Source: an uncultured delta proteobacterium
GTDB taxonomy: Bacteria > Myxococcota > B64-G9
Assembly (NCBI GenBank): GCA_963754925.1
Contig: CAVWHX010000003.1
Span: 705,908-769,907, forward strand
Length of the DNA stretch: 64,000 bases
Reading direction: 5' to 3'
In this document: positions 29,811 to 39,050 of the stretch, piece by piece
Layout of the letters: each line of letters opens with the position of its first letter
How positions within the stretch are numbered: the first letter of the stretch is position 1
The notes under the pieces: generated by a model
Told to the model about the DNA's origin: nothing
What the model saw: the letters and a program-made list of their open reading frames with translations, nothing else
The model's database searches: none
Program-made: the position numbers and the translations under genes

Positions 29811-31470
29811 ATAAAAGATCCTTTTGGTAACACGCAGGGCCTTAAGCCGAGCCAGCTCCATCTGCTGCAAAACCTCTACAACCGGCGGGTTCGTCCCTGG
29901 CAAATCGTCAGTCCGGAATTAGCCCGCAGTTTGTGCGAGCGGTCTTTAGAGATCGGTCGGAACGTCGGCGTCCTCCTCGACCGGCGCGGGTATGTCGAGT
30001 GGGTGTTGGTGGGAACCCACCAAAAAGTCTTCTTGCCCGACCTCGGCAGCCGCCGCGCGGGTCGCCAGCATTTTCGCGGACTGCGGCTCGCGTACGCAAC
30101 CCTGCACGATGGGTTGACGCGGGATGTCATTAACCGATTTGGCGTTGCTGAGACTCGACTACGTGACCGCGATCAAGGCCGGGCCACACGGCGTGCCGGG
30201 GAGCGTGTATGGCGCCCACCTGCTCCCGGGCGACACCTCGTACCACCCCTGGCGCACGGAGGAATTCGCCGATCCGTACGAGCTTACGCAGGACTTCCTA
30301 GAGAAGATTACCGCGCTCGAGACGGAGTTCGCCCAAAAAGTGGGGATTCCCGATGTCGAGTCAGGCCGCGATCGCGCCGTGCTGGTAAGCTGCGCAGCGC
30401 GCGCAAGCCAGGGCGAGGATATCCTTCTCGAACTGAGCGAATTGGCCCGCACCGCCGAGGTTGAAGTCGTCGGCCAGACGTTGCAGGTCAGGCCAAAGCC
30501 CGATCCCCGCTACGTGGTCGGCAAGGGCAAACTTGAGGAAATCGTGCTGACCTCACAGCAGAAAGGCTCCTCGCTGATCATCTTCGGAAGCGACTTGACG
30601 CCCGCCCAGGCTCGGGCGATCGCCAACGCAACCGAGCTGAAGGTGCTCGACCGCACCCAGCTCATCCTCGACATCTTTGCCCGCCGAGCGCTGTCCCGCG
30701 ACGGCAAGCTCCAGGTCGAGCTCGCCCAGCTCAAGTACCGGCTCCCGCGCCTGACCGAACAGGATTCCGGGCTCAGCCGCTTAACCGGCGGAATCGGCGG
30801 ACAGGGACCCGGTGAAACCAAGCTCGAGATCGATCGCCGCCGCGCCCGGGAGCGCATCACCCGCCTTGAGCGCGAGATCGACAAGCTCTCCAAGCGCCGT
30901 GCGGTGCGCCGTGGAGCGCGTCAGCGTAATCGCCTGCCGGTGGTTGCTCTTATCGGTTACACCAATACCGGCAAATCCACCCTTCTCAACGCCCTCACCC
31001 GCTCGAACGTCGTGGTCGAGGACAAACTATTCGCCACCCTTGACCCCACCTCGCGCCGTCTGCGTTTTCCGCGTGAGCGCCACGTGATTGTTACCGATAC
31101 GGTCGGCTTTATCCGCGACCTGCCCAACGACTTGATCAACGCCTTTCGCGCCACCCTCGAGGAGCTCGAGCATGCCGACCTGTTACTGCATGTGGCCGAT
31201 GCCAGCGACGTACGCCTTGAGGATCAAATCGCGGCGGTCGAGCGCATTCTCGAAAAGCTCGACCTGGCGCGCACGCCGCGATTGTTGTTGCTCAATAAAT
31301 GCGATCGCATCGACGCGAGTCGCGCCGAGGCCCTTGGCCGACGCACCGGCGGGATTCCGATATCGGCCGCCACCAAGACCGGCTTTGAAGACCTGCTGGC
31401 CGCGATCGAGGAGCATCTCTGGCGCCAGGGCGCGGCTGAGAAGAATATGCAGCGGCTCGCTATGGGATAA
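29811..31470 (+). CDS. hflX: GTPase HflX with a long N-terminal extension; probable ATA start, frameshift near 30126
   Basis: GNTQGLKPSQ N-terminus; DRTQLILDIFA, GPGETKLE, GYTNTGKST, DTVGF and NKCD motifs; GAGGAG lies 8 nt before the ATA. Confidence 0.9.
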
Positions 31471-31523
31471 CTCTGTCGATAGAGATTCCTCAACGTCTAG
31501 GGGTCTTGTGCCGACTACGAACA

Positions 31524-32256
31524 CTAGATGCCGAAATAGCATGTAACGTTCAAGCCAAGCATCATTTCGTACCAAAGGTCATGGTCGAAGTCTTCGCATT
31601 GCTCTTGGCCACCACTGCTGACACACGCCCTTTTGAAGAACGGGAAAAAGAACTTAGTCATAACTCCAACACCCAAGTTTTTATTAACTCAGATACTCGG
31701 CTCCGAATGAGAGCCCCATCTCGAACCCATTTATCTTGATGGTCTCACCTTCCGCCTCGGCTTTGTATTGTCCCCAACCGATTCCGAGGCCAAGGAAAAG
31801 GTCGATGTTGGCCACGTTGAAGAACGCTCTCGGACCGAAAAGGACTCCGAGGCTGGATAAGTCCCCTCCCTGGGCATTGTACATGCCATAGTGGAAGTTG
31901 CCGTCGAGCGCCAGAGAGTCAAGAAAACGATACAGGAGACCGCCAGAGAAACCAAAATGGGGATCTAAGCCGCCGCAGGTTGCATCTCCATTGTTAATGC
32001 ACATGTTCATACCCAAGAGGACTGATACACCGAGTCCGTGCGGCGCCCTTTGCTCTTTCGGTTGTGTCGTAGGCACGCACGCTTGCGGCGGTGTTTGCTC
32101 CTTCGGCTGTGCCGTGACCGCGGGCGCTTGCGGCGGCGTTTGCTCTGTCGGCTGCGCCGTAGCCGCGGGTGCTTGCGGCGCCGTTGGCTGTGCCATGGCA
32201 ACGGGAACAGCGGACACGGCGAGAATTATGATCACTGCAATATAAGCCTTCTTCAT
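31524..32256 (-). CDS. Small outer-membrane beta-barrel protein with a Pro/Gln/Ala repeat N-terminus; frameshift near 31690
   Basis: Signal peptide, PQAP repeats and alternating beta strands. Removing 1 nt continues the frame through VNKNLGVG...LGLNVTCYFGI to a stop. Confidence 0.65.
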
Positions 32257-32585
32257 AGAATTCTCCCTTTGGTTTGGGGTTGACGAGTGGAGAATACAGA
32301 TCAAGTCTTTAATTTTTACGTAATTCACCATAACGTACCGGGTAGGAATGACGACTGCTGCTCATATTTCCTTCCCAGCGCTTGTACATATACTAACTTA
32401 CAGAATGTGGCTTAAATTAGACCTCAATTTAGTTTTACGTCAATTAAAATCATTTGAAAGACTGTTTGAACGACGGACAGGTCGGTGGATCAAAATTCAT
32501 CTCGATCGGGAAAAAAACTTTTGCGCGGTCGCGCCATCATGGACGCCCCGATCGGTAGCTCCCAACTTGACTGGCTGAGCGTGCT

Positions 32586-33497
32586 TTATATTCCGTTTTT
32601 TTGAATCGACTCCTTATGAGACTGTCTTAAACCTCCCGGACGAAGTCGCACGGCAATCCAAGCTATTGCATAAAACACACCGAGGAGAACGACGTCCGTT
32701 GGACCAACGGGCAAATCCCAATTATACGCGATATAGAATCCGAAAAACGCGACTGAACCGCCGATCAATGAGGCAAACATCGCGAACTGGCGCATCGTGC
32801 GCGCGAACAGATGCGCAATCAGCGCAGGGATCAGTAGAAATCCAAACGCGATAAGCGGACCCACACTGAGCACCGCCATCGAGACCGTCAGCCCGATAAG
32901 AATATAGAGCAGCACGTCCCAAAAAACGACGTTCTTGCGAAGTATAATGGCCGTCTCCCTGTCGAACGAGACCAGAAGCAACTCCTTCTGGAACAATCCA
33001 AGCGTTGCGAGAACAAGCGCAAGCGTTGCCGCCGTCAGAACAAGATCGAAATTGGAGATAGTAATGACCTCTCCCTTCAGCATATCGAGCCAACCAATCT
33101 CACCGTACGGGTTTTCTGACAGCAGCAAGATTCCCAATGCGGCCGCTACAACGTATGCAGTGCCAAGTCGGCCTTCAGGATGTCCGCGCCCACGACGCTC
33201 CATAAACGCCAGTATCAGGATCGCCGTCAGCGAGAACGTAATCGAGCCCGCAAAGGCAAGCGAGTGGGCGCTCTGCGAGCCGTGATCCGTCAGATTAAAT
33301 CCGAGCCAAAGGGGAAGTGACAGAGCGATAGCGACGCCCGTCGAGGAAATCTGCGGCAGCGCCACGCCCATAAACACAAGCCTGCGCATTACGAGAAAAA
33401 CGCCAACCAGCGGACAGGCGAAGCCTATCAGCACGCTGGTGTAAACTGAATTCCGAAGAAGAAAATCAGGCGAGAGAATCTGATGAAGGGTTTCCAT
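32586..33497 (-). CDS. znuB: Zn/Mn ABC transporter permease
   Basis: GVFLVMRRLVF, LVSFD and VGPLIAFGFLLIPA motifs (ABC-3 family). Confidence 0.85.
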   Translation of the reverse strand: METLHQILSPDFLLRNSVYTSVLIGFACPLVGVFLVMRRLVFMGVALPQISSTGVAIALSLPLWLGFNLTDHGSQSAHSLAFAGSITFSLTAILILAFMERRGRGHPEGRLGTAYVVAAALGILLLSENPYGEIGWLDMLKGEVITISNFDLVLTAATLALVLATLGLFQKELLLVSFDRETAIILRKNVVFWDVLLYILIGLTVSMAVLSVGPLIAFGFLLIPALIAHLFARTMRQFAMFASLIGGSVAFFGFYIAYNWDLPVGPTDVVLLGVFYAIAWIAVRLRPGGLRQSHKESIQKNGI

Positions 33498-33498
33498 G

Positions 33499-34212
33499 TC
33501 AGTCACACATTCCTTCAAATATTGCCGTCATGCGTTCGGGCGTAAACAGTTCATCTGCCGTTCCATAAAGAACCTTCCCTTCGTGAAGCCAGACGATCTG
33601 CTCGGCATGACGACGTACCGCTGCAAAATCGTGGGTGACCAGCAGAACGGCGATCTTTCTTTCCCTGCGGAACTGCGAAATGAACTCCATTACCGCATGG
33701 CTCGCAGCGTGGTCGACGCCAGCGGTAGGTTCGTCCAGCACCAGTATGTCTGGGCGGGTGGTCAGGGCGCGGGCGATCAGCACGCGTTGTTTCTGCCCGC
33801 CGGAGAGTTCGGCAAAGCGCTTCGGGGCTAGCTCCAGAGCTCCGGCGGCGCGGAGGCATTCACGCGTAAAGGCGCGTTCGATGGATGGGACTAAATGACC
33901 CGGACGCACGCGGCCATATGCGCCCATCAGGGCTACCTCGAATGCCGTCAATAAATAAATCGGGTCGAATTGAGTGGCTTGAGGGACGTATCCGAAGGTG
34001 AGCGGTACGCCTGCCGATGAAGATGCGATACGTCCGGACACCGGTGGAAGCAGTCTGAGCACGGTCTTAAGAAGCGTCGTTTTGCCGGAACCGTTGGCCC
34101 CCACAATGGCGGTGAAACTGCCGCGGGCGATAGAGAATGATATCCCGGATAGTACACTCCGGCCATTATAACCAATGCTGAGGTCTTCTAACGTGATGAG
34201 CTGTTCAGTCAT
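33499..34212 (-). CDS. znuC: Zn/Mn ABC transporter ATPase
   Basis: GANGSGKT, GYVPQ, LSGGQKQR and LDEPTAGVD motifs. Confidence 0.85.
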   Translation of the reverse strand: MTEQLITLEDLSIGYNGRSVLSGISFSIARGSFTAIVGANGSGKTTLLKTVLRLLPPVSGRIASSSAGVPLTFGYVPQATQFDPIYLLTAFEVALMGAYGRVRPGHLVPSIERAFTRECLRAAGALELAPKRFAELSGGQKQRVLIARALTTRPDILVLDEPTAGVDHAASHAVMEFISQFRRERKIAVLLVTHDFAAVRRHAEQIVWLHEGKVLYGTADELFTPERMTAIFEGMCD

Positions 34213-34261
34213 AGTTTGTTATGTGCCCGCCCGCAAAGCGCGGGCGGACATACGCTCCTTT

Positions 34262-35194
34262 TTATTTCCGTGGTTGTGCCGCAGCGACCATCGTGTGAAT
34301 AATGTAGTCCATCATCGTGATGTAGGTTTCCGTATGAGACACGCCGCCGGGCATGATGGGCAGCGTTACCATGGTCGCGCCGGTCTGTTCGGCGATGCGT
34401 TTAGGCACGTTTTCGGGGAATTGCGGCTCACGCACGACAATAGGAACCTGTTGCGCCTTCATGCCGGCAATCAGTTCCTCGATGTGGCGCGGCGTAGGAT
34501 CGATTCCGGGTTTCAGTTCAACGGTGCCGAAAAATACCATGCCGAAGCGCGCGGCGAAGTAGTTCCACTCTTCGTGGTAGGCAATGAACTTTACCCCTTT
34601 GAGCAACGCGGCTTCCTTCTCCCATTCGGCGATCTTGGCGTCGAGCTCGGCGAGATACGCATCGCGGTTGCGAGTGAATTCCTCTTTGTGCTGTGGAGCG
34701 AAATCTACCAGAGCGTTATAGATATTTTTTATTGCCGTCTTCGCCAAGACGGGATCGAGCATATAGTGCGGGTTCCCATACGGATGAACGTCACCCGCAT
34801 AGTGTTCGGTTGTTTTGGGAACGTCGAGCGGTATGATGCCTTTAGAGCAGTCCACGTAGCCAGACCGGTCTCTTAGAATTTGCGGATTTTTGCTCGCCTC
34901 CAGCAACCCAGGCAGAAATGCGTGTTCCATTTCGAACCCGACCAAAACCAACAGGTCCGCACGGTTCATCATAGGCACAAAGCTCGGCTTCATCGGAACA
35001 CCATGGGTATCTTCTACGCCCGTTGCTAAGCTGTGAACCTCGACCAAGTCTCCTCCCACCGCGCGAGTAAAGTCAGCCAAATCGGTGAGCGTCGTGACCA
35101 CACGTATTTTTGCTGCATACGCCGGGGTCCCTGCGAAACAAAAGGTGCCCACTAGCAAAATGATTGAGAACCCATGAAATAGTTTTAATTTCAT
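34262..35194 (-). CDS. znuA: Metal ABC transporter substrate-binding protein (ZnuA/TroA family)
   Basis: Signal peptide; VVTT, DTH, GDVHPYGNPHYMLDP, YH and E-KPGI-P motifs. Confidence 0.85.
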   Translation of the reverse strand: MKLKLFHGFSIILLVGTFCFAGTPAYAAKIRVVTTLTDLADFTRAVGGDLVEVHSLATGVEDTHGVPMKPSFVPMMNRADLLVLVGFEMEHAFLPGLLEASKNPQILRDRSGYVDCSKGIIPLDVPKTTEHYAGDVHPYGNPHYMLDPVLAKTAIKNIYNALVDFAPQHKEEFTRNRDAYLAELDAKIAEWEKEAALLKGVKFIAYHEEWNYFAARFGMVFFGTVELKPGIDPTPRHIEELIAGMKAQQVPIVVREPQFPENVPKRIAEQTGATMVTLPIMPGGVSHTETYITMMDYIIHTMVAAAQPRK

Positions 35195-35216
35195 ATGAAC
35201 ATGCCCCTTTCCATAG

Positions 35217-36611
35217 TTAGCGCTGCTGCCAGCCATGCGAATGTGAGCCGATGATCCACGCCCATTGCAGGTAGACCGCGTGGTCCGGCTTCAGACCAGT
35301 TGCGGCATTATGATCGGTAAAGGTATATTGAAGGCGCAGTTGGTTCCAATGGCTCAAAGCCCAGGTGACATAGGGAGAGTACTCAAATGATTTTGCTCTG
35401 TTGTTCTGGTCGTCCTCCATAAAGCCATACAGGAACCCGGCTGACCACTGCCGGTGAAACTTGTACGTCAGATATGAGTATAGGCCGATTGAACCGACCG
35501 TACAACCGGGCAGTGCATTCTGGGACGAATCCGTTACATCGTACCGGTTGCTGCTGTAAAGAACTTCAGTACCCCAGGTTACGCTCTGAAACTGATTGTT
35601 ACGGAGCGGCTTATAGCTCAGTGCCACATCTGCTCCCACGAGACGGCGTTCGCGTTCGGTAAAATTCGTGCCATCAGGTTGCGAAAGCTGCCCGCTACGA
35701 TCAATGGTCTTTGGGCTCCACAGGCCCGAAATACCGGGTTCAAGCGATATATCAGGTGTCAGGTCAAAATAGGTGGCTAAGCGTCCCCAGTAGTTCAACC
35801 TCAGTTGATGGAAATCGCCTACACTATTCGGAGGCACATCGCCGCCGAATTGGTTGCCTACGCCGACCGTCAGGCTCACGTAGTGTTCGATCGGCACAAG
35901 CCAATTGACCTGGACCCCGTCCGTCCTCGATTCGCCGCCGATGTATTGGGCGAGCACGAGCGGACGGTTTACAAAGGGAAGTTCATGATCGTGGATATAC
36001 GAGAGCCTACCAAACTCGCCGAAGAACCGCCCCGCCTTCACCGTCAAATTCCAGGGTAGCGACTCGGTCTGGATTGCCGCCTCTTCAATACCGAAAGTCG
36101 CTTCCCCGGTGCGCGCGTCCACCGAGGCGTTGGCCACCACATATCCCTTCGCAAACGGATCCACAGACCCGGCAACATTCAACTCCACTGATCGCTGAAA
36201 CGCATCGAAGCCGCCGGGCCGGTCGCTGCCCGTTTGCGATGATCCCCTGCTGCGATAGGAAAATATGGTCTCGCCCACAAGCCCAATGGAAGGGTTGAAC
36301 TCACTCGGCAAGGACTTCTTCTGCGCTTCCGCCACCTCATTCACCTTCTCGTTCAATTCCTGCACCTGCTGCTGCATCTCTGTCGCCGAAGGCGCATTGA
36401 CAGCGTTGCCCTCGGGTGCAGCAGAGGGCTGGGATGGTTTGACTTCATCCTTCAATTCGTCGATCAACTTCCGCTGCTCATCAATGGTTTGCTGCTGTCT
36501 TGCGAGAGTTTCCTCAAGGGTTCTAACTCGATCTTCCAGTGTTTCGGCACGTACGCTGGTTGAAGACCATGACAATATAAATATCGCAATAAAAGCGATT
36601 ACGATTTTCAT
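35217..36611 (-). CDS. Outer-membrane porin/receptor-like protein of metal-uptake operons
   Basis: Signal peptide, coiled coil, FNPSIGL, VDPF...EEA, IHDHELPF, C-terminal IGSHSH; CAGGAG SD. Confidence 0.75.
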   Translation of the reverse strand: MKIVIAFIAIFILSWSSTSVRAETLEDRVRTLEETLARQQQTIDEQRKLIDELKDEVKPSQPSAAPEGNAVNAPSATEMQQQVQELNEKVNEVAEAQKKSLPSEFNPSIGLVGETIFSYRSRGSSQTGSDRPGGFDAFQRSVELNVAGSVDPFAKGYVVANASVDARTGEATFGIEEAAIQTESLPWNLTVKAGRFFGEFGRLSYIHDHELPFVNRPLVLAQYIGGESRTDGVQVNWLVPIEHYVSLTVGVGNQFGGDVPPNSVGDFHQLRLNYWGRLATYFDLTPDISLEPGISGLWSPKTIDRSGQLSQPDGTNFTERERRLVGADVALSYKPLRNNQFQSVTWGTEVLYSSNRYDVTDSSQNALPGCTVGSIGLYSYLTYKFHRQWSAGFLYGFMEDDQNNRAKSFEYSPYVTWALSHWNQLRLQYTFTDHNAATGLKPDHAVYLQWAWIIGSHSHGWQQR

Positions 36612-36706
36612 GATGGCATCTCTCCTGTCAGTCATGACAAATGCACGCACGCAAGGCTGCGCATCCATGACGCGTAACACCTGAATGAATGTGAACTCAG
36701 GAAATC

Positions 36707-37084
36707 TTAAGCGGGAGGCGCCCGGCACTGTGGAAGAGCGAGCCGAACGTAGTTGTAAAGCAACAGCTCCTCAGATATCTCATAATACGCGACCGCCTCA
36801 TAATTTCGAAAAGAAGAACCGCTGACGCTTGCGACAGAAGAGGAGTAACCGGCCGCACAAATTGGACAATCGTGGTGGTTGCCGACACTATCGTGGTGAT
36901 AATGAAACGCCGTTGCTAACGTAGCAAAAAGGAAGAGTACCAAGAAGACAAAGGTTAACCCCTTTTCGCTTCGCTCGAGGGACAAGAGATTGTAATCCTC
37001 ACTTCGTTCGTCAACAATCTCTAGTCTGTCTGTCTTCCAGGCACGGCTATTTTTTATGCACATATTTTGGATCATCGGCGTCAC
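36707..37084 (-). CDS. DUF2946-like small protein (TM/signal, His-rich, CxxC, C-terminal RAPP); start uncertain
   Basis: Hydrophobic stretch, HYHHD...HHDCPIC, and the ending PQCRAPPA*. Confidence 0.75.
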   Translation of the reverse strand: MTPMIQNMCIKNSRAWKTDRLEIVDERSEDYNLLSLERSEKGLTFVFLVLFLFATLATAFHYHHDSVGNHHDCPICAAGYSSSVASVSGSSFRNYEAVAYYEISEELLLYNYVRLALPQCRAPPA

Positions 37085-37093
37085 TTACAAATA

Positions 37094-37135
37094 TGTAATT
37101 GACTACAATATGATACCTTGCCTTCCTCATGTCAA
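37094..37135 (-). promoter_or_regulatory. sigma70 promoter with a near-palindromic operator, possibly a Fur/Zur-family site
   Basis: Minus-strand TTGACA-17 nt-CATATT, immediately followed by the imperfect palindrome TGTAGTCAATTACA. Confidence 0.5.
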
Positions 37136-37317
37136 GCGCATGGATCGTATCTTTCGGTATGAGCAGTGTTTGGATATTTCTCCTTCTCCGGAGCCTGCGC
37201 GGGCGAAGCCGCACCCGGCGGCGTCTGCTCATTTGAAGGCGTTGTCTCTTCTGCGGCGAAAACTGCCGAACCGGCAAGAACCATAAGTATCGTTCCGATC
37301 GCTACTAACGCTCGCAT
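37132..37317 (-). CDS. Small secreted protein
   Basis: GAGGTG SD; clear signal peptide MRALVAIG...VFA. Confidence 0.55.
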   Translation of the reverse strand: MRALVAIGTILMVLAGSAVFAAEETTPSNEQTPPGAASPAQAPEKEKYPNTAHTERYDPCA

Positions 37318-37529
37318 GGATCACACCTCGCTTATCTCCGCTCCCCTTCGGCGCACGATCGGCACCTGCCGTTGATGGTCAATTCGTGGCTGGAAATGAC
37401 AAACCCCTTCGGCACAAGCCGCTCTAGATCCATGGTACAGCCTTTGATATCGAATGTCCGGTCACACACGGAAAATGCTCGTCCTTCGTTAAGAAGACTT
37501 CATACCAATCCTTGGCCCCTGGTGGAGAT

Positions 37530-37564
37530 AGCGGAGCAACGTCGGCCGTAACACGGTGTTAGCC
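37530..37564 (-). other. Truncated (left-half) attC site
   Basis: GGCTAAC overlaps the stop codon and is followed by ACCGTGTTACGGCCGACG. No matching right half was seen. Confidence 0.5.
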
Positions 37565-38191
37565 CGCATCCTTGTTTTGCAGGAACTTGCTTGCCAGTTT
37601 GTGAGTTTGCTCAATGCGCTTGTTTGCAATCTCCCATTGCTGCAATTCGACTTTTACCAATTCCTTGTGCTTCTTGCTTATATCACGTAACGCATTCCCG
37701 ACAGATTTCCGTACATACTCACTCTCATCGTTTCGAAGTTGGCTCAACAACTGAATGGCAGCTTCTGGATGATCATAAAAGTAAGAGCGGCCCGTCCAAA
37801 TTCTAAGTCCTTCTGTTACTGCCCGCCGCACGTTGGGCGAGGAGTCTGCCAACCATTCTTTGATTACAGAGAGAGCCTGTTCGTAGCCAACATCAGCGCA
37901 ATACCTGTCAAAAGCTTTTGCCAGAATCTCTTGCACACGCCAATCGTTATCTTGGCTGACACGCCGTTTCAGAAACTCGAGACTTTCGTTCGAGTTGGCC
38001 GCTAATCGGCCAAAAATGAAAGTTGCCAATGAGCGCGCTTGGTATATATCTGAAGCGAATAGTTTTTTGGCGATGCGAAGGTTCTCTTTGTCAGCTTGCC
38101 CAACTACTACTTCATCTGCTGCCTTCTGAATGTCCAAAAACCCATGTTGTGTCTTTTGGACTCTCTGAATGAGTTTCTCTATCATATCCAT
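37559..38191 (-). CDS. DNA alkylation repair-like HEAT-repeat protein (cassette gene)
   Basis: DWRVQE, NVRRAVTEGLR and DESEYVRKSVGNALRDISK motifs. Confidence 0.8.
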   Translation of the reverse strand: MDMIEKLIQRVQKTQHGFLDIQKAADEVVVGQADKENLRIAKKLFASDIYQARSLATFIFGRLAANSNESLEFLKRRVSQDNDWRVQEILAKAFDRYCADVGYEQALSVIKEWLADSSPNVRRAVTEGLRIWTGRSYFYDHPEAAIQLLSQLRNDESEYVRKSVGNALRDISKKHKELVKVELQQWEIANKRIEQTHKLASKFLQNKDAG

Positions 38192-38224
38192 TTCGCTTGA
38201 ATCTCTCGTTCCTTGTTACATGCG

Positions 38225-38281
38225 GGCTAACGTGAAAATCAGCGGCGAGCGTGGCCAGTCCGCTGTATTGCCTGGTTAGCG
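38225..38281 (-). other. Integron attC site
   Basis: Minus strand CGCTAAC-CAGGCAATACAGCGGAC...CGCCGCTGATTTTCAC-GTTAGCC, 57 bp, with complementary R and L boxes. Confidence 0.8.
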
Positions 38282-38914
38282 CTCAATTTTCTTGGCAATA
38301 GCGGTAATCCAATTCTTTTGAGGAACATTATCAATTTCAACGATATGGTATCCCGCTTTAGTTAGAAAATCTTTATATTCATTTGGAGTATGAATCCGCA
38401 TATCACTTAATTTAGCCCATTTGGTATTTCGTCTTTCGAATTTATCATCTTTATAAACTTCATTGACAATTAAAAGAGTTCCTTCTGGTTTTAAAACGCG
38501 CTTAATTTCTTTCAGATCGTTATTCAAATTCGGCCAAAAATAATACGCTTCAAATGCTGTCACAAGATCGAACATATTTTCAGCAAACGGCAAAGATGAA
38601 ACAGCGCCATACGTTATTTCAACCAGACCCTTTTTTATAAGAGTCTCATTTACCTTTTTTGATAATTGAACCATATCTTCAGAATAATCAATTCCATAGA
38701 CTTTTCCATTCGGACTAGACATAGCTAACTCCTGAACGGCCTTACCTCCGCCACAGCCAATATCAAGAATGTATGCATCTGGCTTAATAGAAATGTGACT
38801 AATACCCCAGTGTCTAATTCTTGCATGGCCAAAATTCATAGTTCTACCGACAAATTTACCAAATCGGCCCGAAGGTTTTCTGCATTGCTTTACGAACTTT
38901 TCAACAAATCCCAT
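38276..38914 (-). CDS. Class I SAM-dependent methyltransferase (cassette gene)
   Basis: QCRKPSG.FG, ILDIGCGGG and FEAYYFWP motifs; AT-rich. Confidence 0.85.
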   Translation of the reverse strand: MGFVEKFVKQCRKPSGRFGKFVGRTMNFGHARIRHWGISHISIKPDAYILDIGCGGGKAVQELAMSSPNGKVYGIDYSEDMVQLSKKVNETLIKKGLVEITYGAVSSLPFAENMFDLVTAFEAYYFWPNLNNDLKEIKRVLKPEGTLLIVNEVYKDDKFERRNTKWAKLSDMRIHTPNEYKDFLTKAGYHIVEIDNVPQKNWITAIAKKIER

Positions 38915-39050
38915 GACATGCTCCTTAATTGTGCTGCTAACAAGTTGTCATGTAGTTCTGTATATCTTTAGTTGTTGCTAACACCTCGACCTTCACCCGC
39001 CCAACTTCAACGGCAAAGAAGCTGTGCGGAATTATGAGGTATTTTTACTT

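Noticed and set aside
34218..34254. GC-rich hairpin between znuA and znuC
   Set aside because: A real stem-loop, but a common feature after substrate-binding-protein genes.
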